From assembly GCF_001194135.2 (NCBI RefSeq), contig NC_068981.1, positions 107,964,470 to 108,025,891 on the forward strand: 61,422 bases of DNA, given 5' to 3'. The notes under the pieces were generated by a model that did no database searches, had not been told where the DNA came from, and worked only from the letters and a program-made list of their open reading frames with translations. How positions within the stretch are numbered: position 1 is the stretch's first letter; the number at the start of each line of letters is the position of its first letter. The translations under genes were made by a program, and so were the position numbers. The stretch is from Octopus bimaculoides. Its lineage: Eukaryota. Below, piece by piece: positions 61,080-61,422 of the stretch.

Positions 61080-61410
61080 TGTGTTGGACTGGACACCTTA
61101 TTAGAATGAAGGATAGCAGGATTCCTAAGCAGATGCTATATAGAGAACTTGTGAATGGAAGGAGACTCTGGCAGAAACCAAGGCTGCGCTTTAAGGACTG
61201 TGTCAAGTCCTCATTAAAGGCTTGTGATATGCAGGACACTGACTGGGAGAACAATGCCTGTCATCGCCACGGATGGAGGAAGCAGGTTAAGGAGGGGATC
61301 GACACTTTTGAGAGAGCACGTATCCAGCATGGCTCGTATAGTGAATGGGGAAAACTTGGTCTGCAATGTTTGCAGTCGTGTATGTTTGTCAAGAGCAGGG
61401 CTCATTAGCC
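61080..61410 (+). mobile_element. RTE/BovB-like LINE C-terminal fragment
   Basis: WTGHLIRMKDSRIPKQMLY.EL..G.R....PRLRFKD..K..LK.C......WE..A..R.GWR..V..G...FE. Confidence 0.85.
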
Positions 61411-61422
61411 ATCAACAGAGCC

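Noticed and set aside
1-61422. CRISPR arrays, operons, rRNA or viral genes
   Set aside because: None seen; all regular repeats are microsatellites or TE-internal, and the DNA is clearly eukaryotic.

Overview
AT-rich, microsatellite-dense eukaryotic genomic DNA from a gapped draft assembly. The SINE families, Penelope load and TTAGGG repeats suggest a coleoid cephalopod such as Octopus (inference, not verified). Two host genes are supported: an intact, intronless 415-aa Speedy/RINGO CDK-activator ORF (37268-38515, +) and the 5' part of a PRPF39-like U1 snRNP gene (conserved exon 58024-58133; candidate first coding exon 53409-53463). The rest is a nested transposon graveyard: maT, Tc1, mariner, hAT, Sola-like and Merlin DNA transposon relics; a Helentron-type HINE and a Helitron 3' end; Gypsy pol and LTRs; Penelope-like, R4/Dong, CRE-like and RTE non-LTR elements; and many tRNA-derived SINEs. 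The best candidates for undescribed biology are (1) foldback MITEs with GG termini and 8-bp TSDs (Merlin hallmarks) that carry head-to-head (TTAGGG)n/(CCCTAA)n telomeric arrays around a conserved GGAATTCC junction, one inserted inside a Merlin transposase relic, and (2) a tRNA-headed SINE carrying a hammerhead-ribozyme-like motif whose internal (AAT)n tract is used as the target of an R4/Dong element. All family assignments come from by-eye translation and motif recognition; no database search was run.
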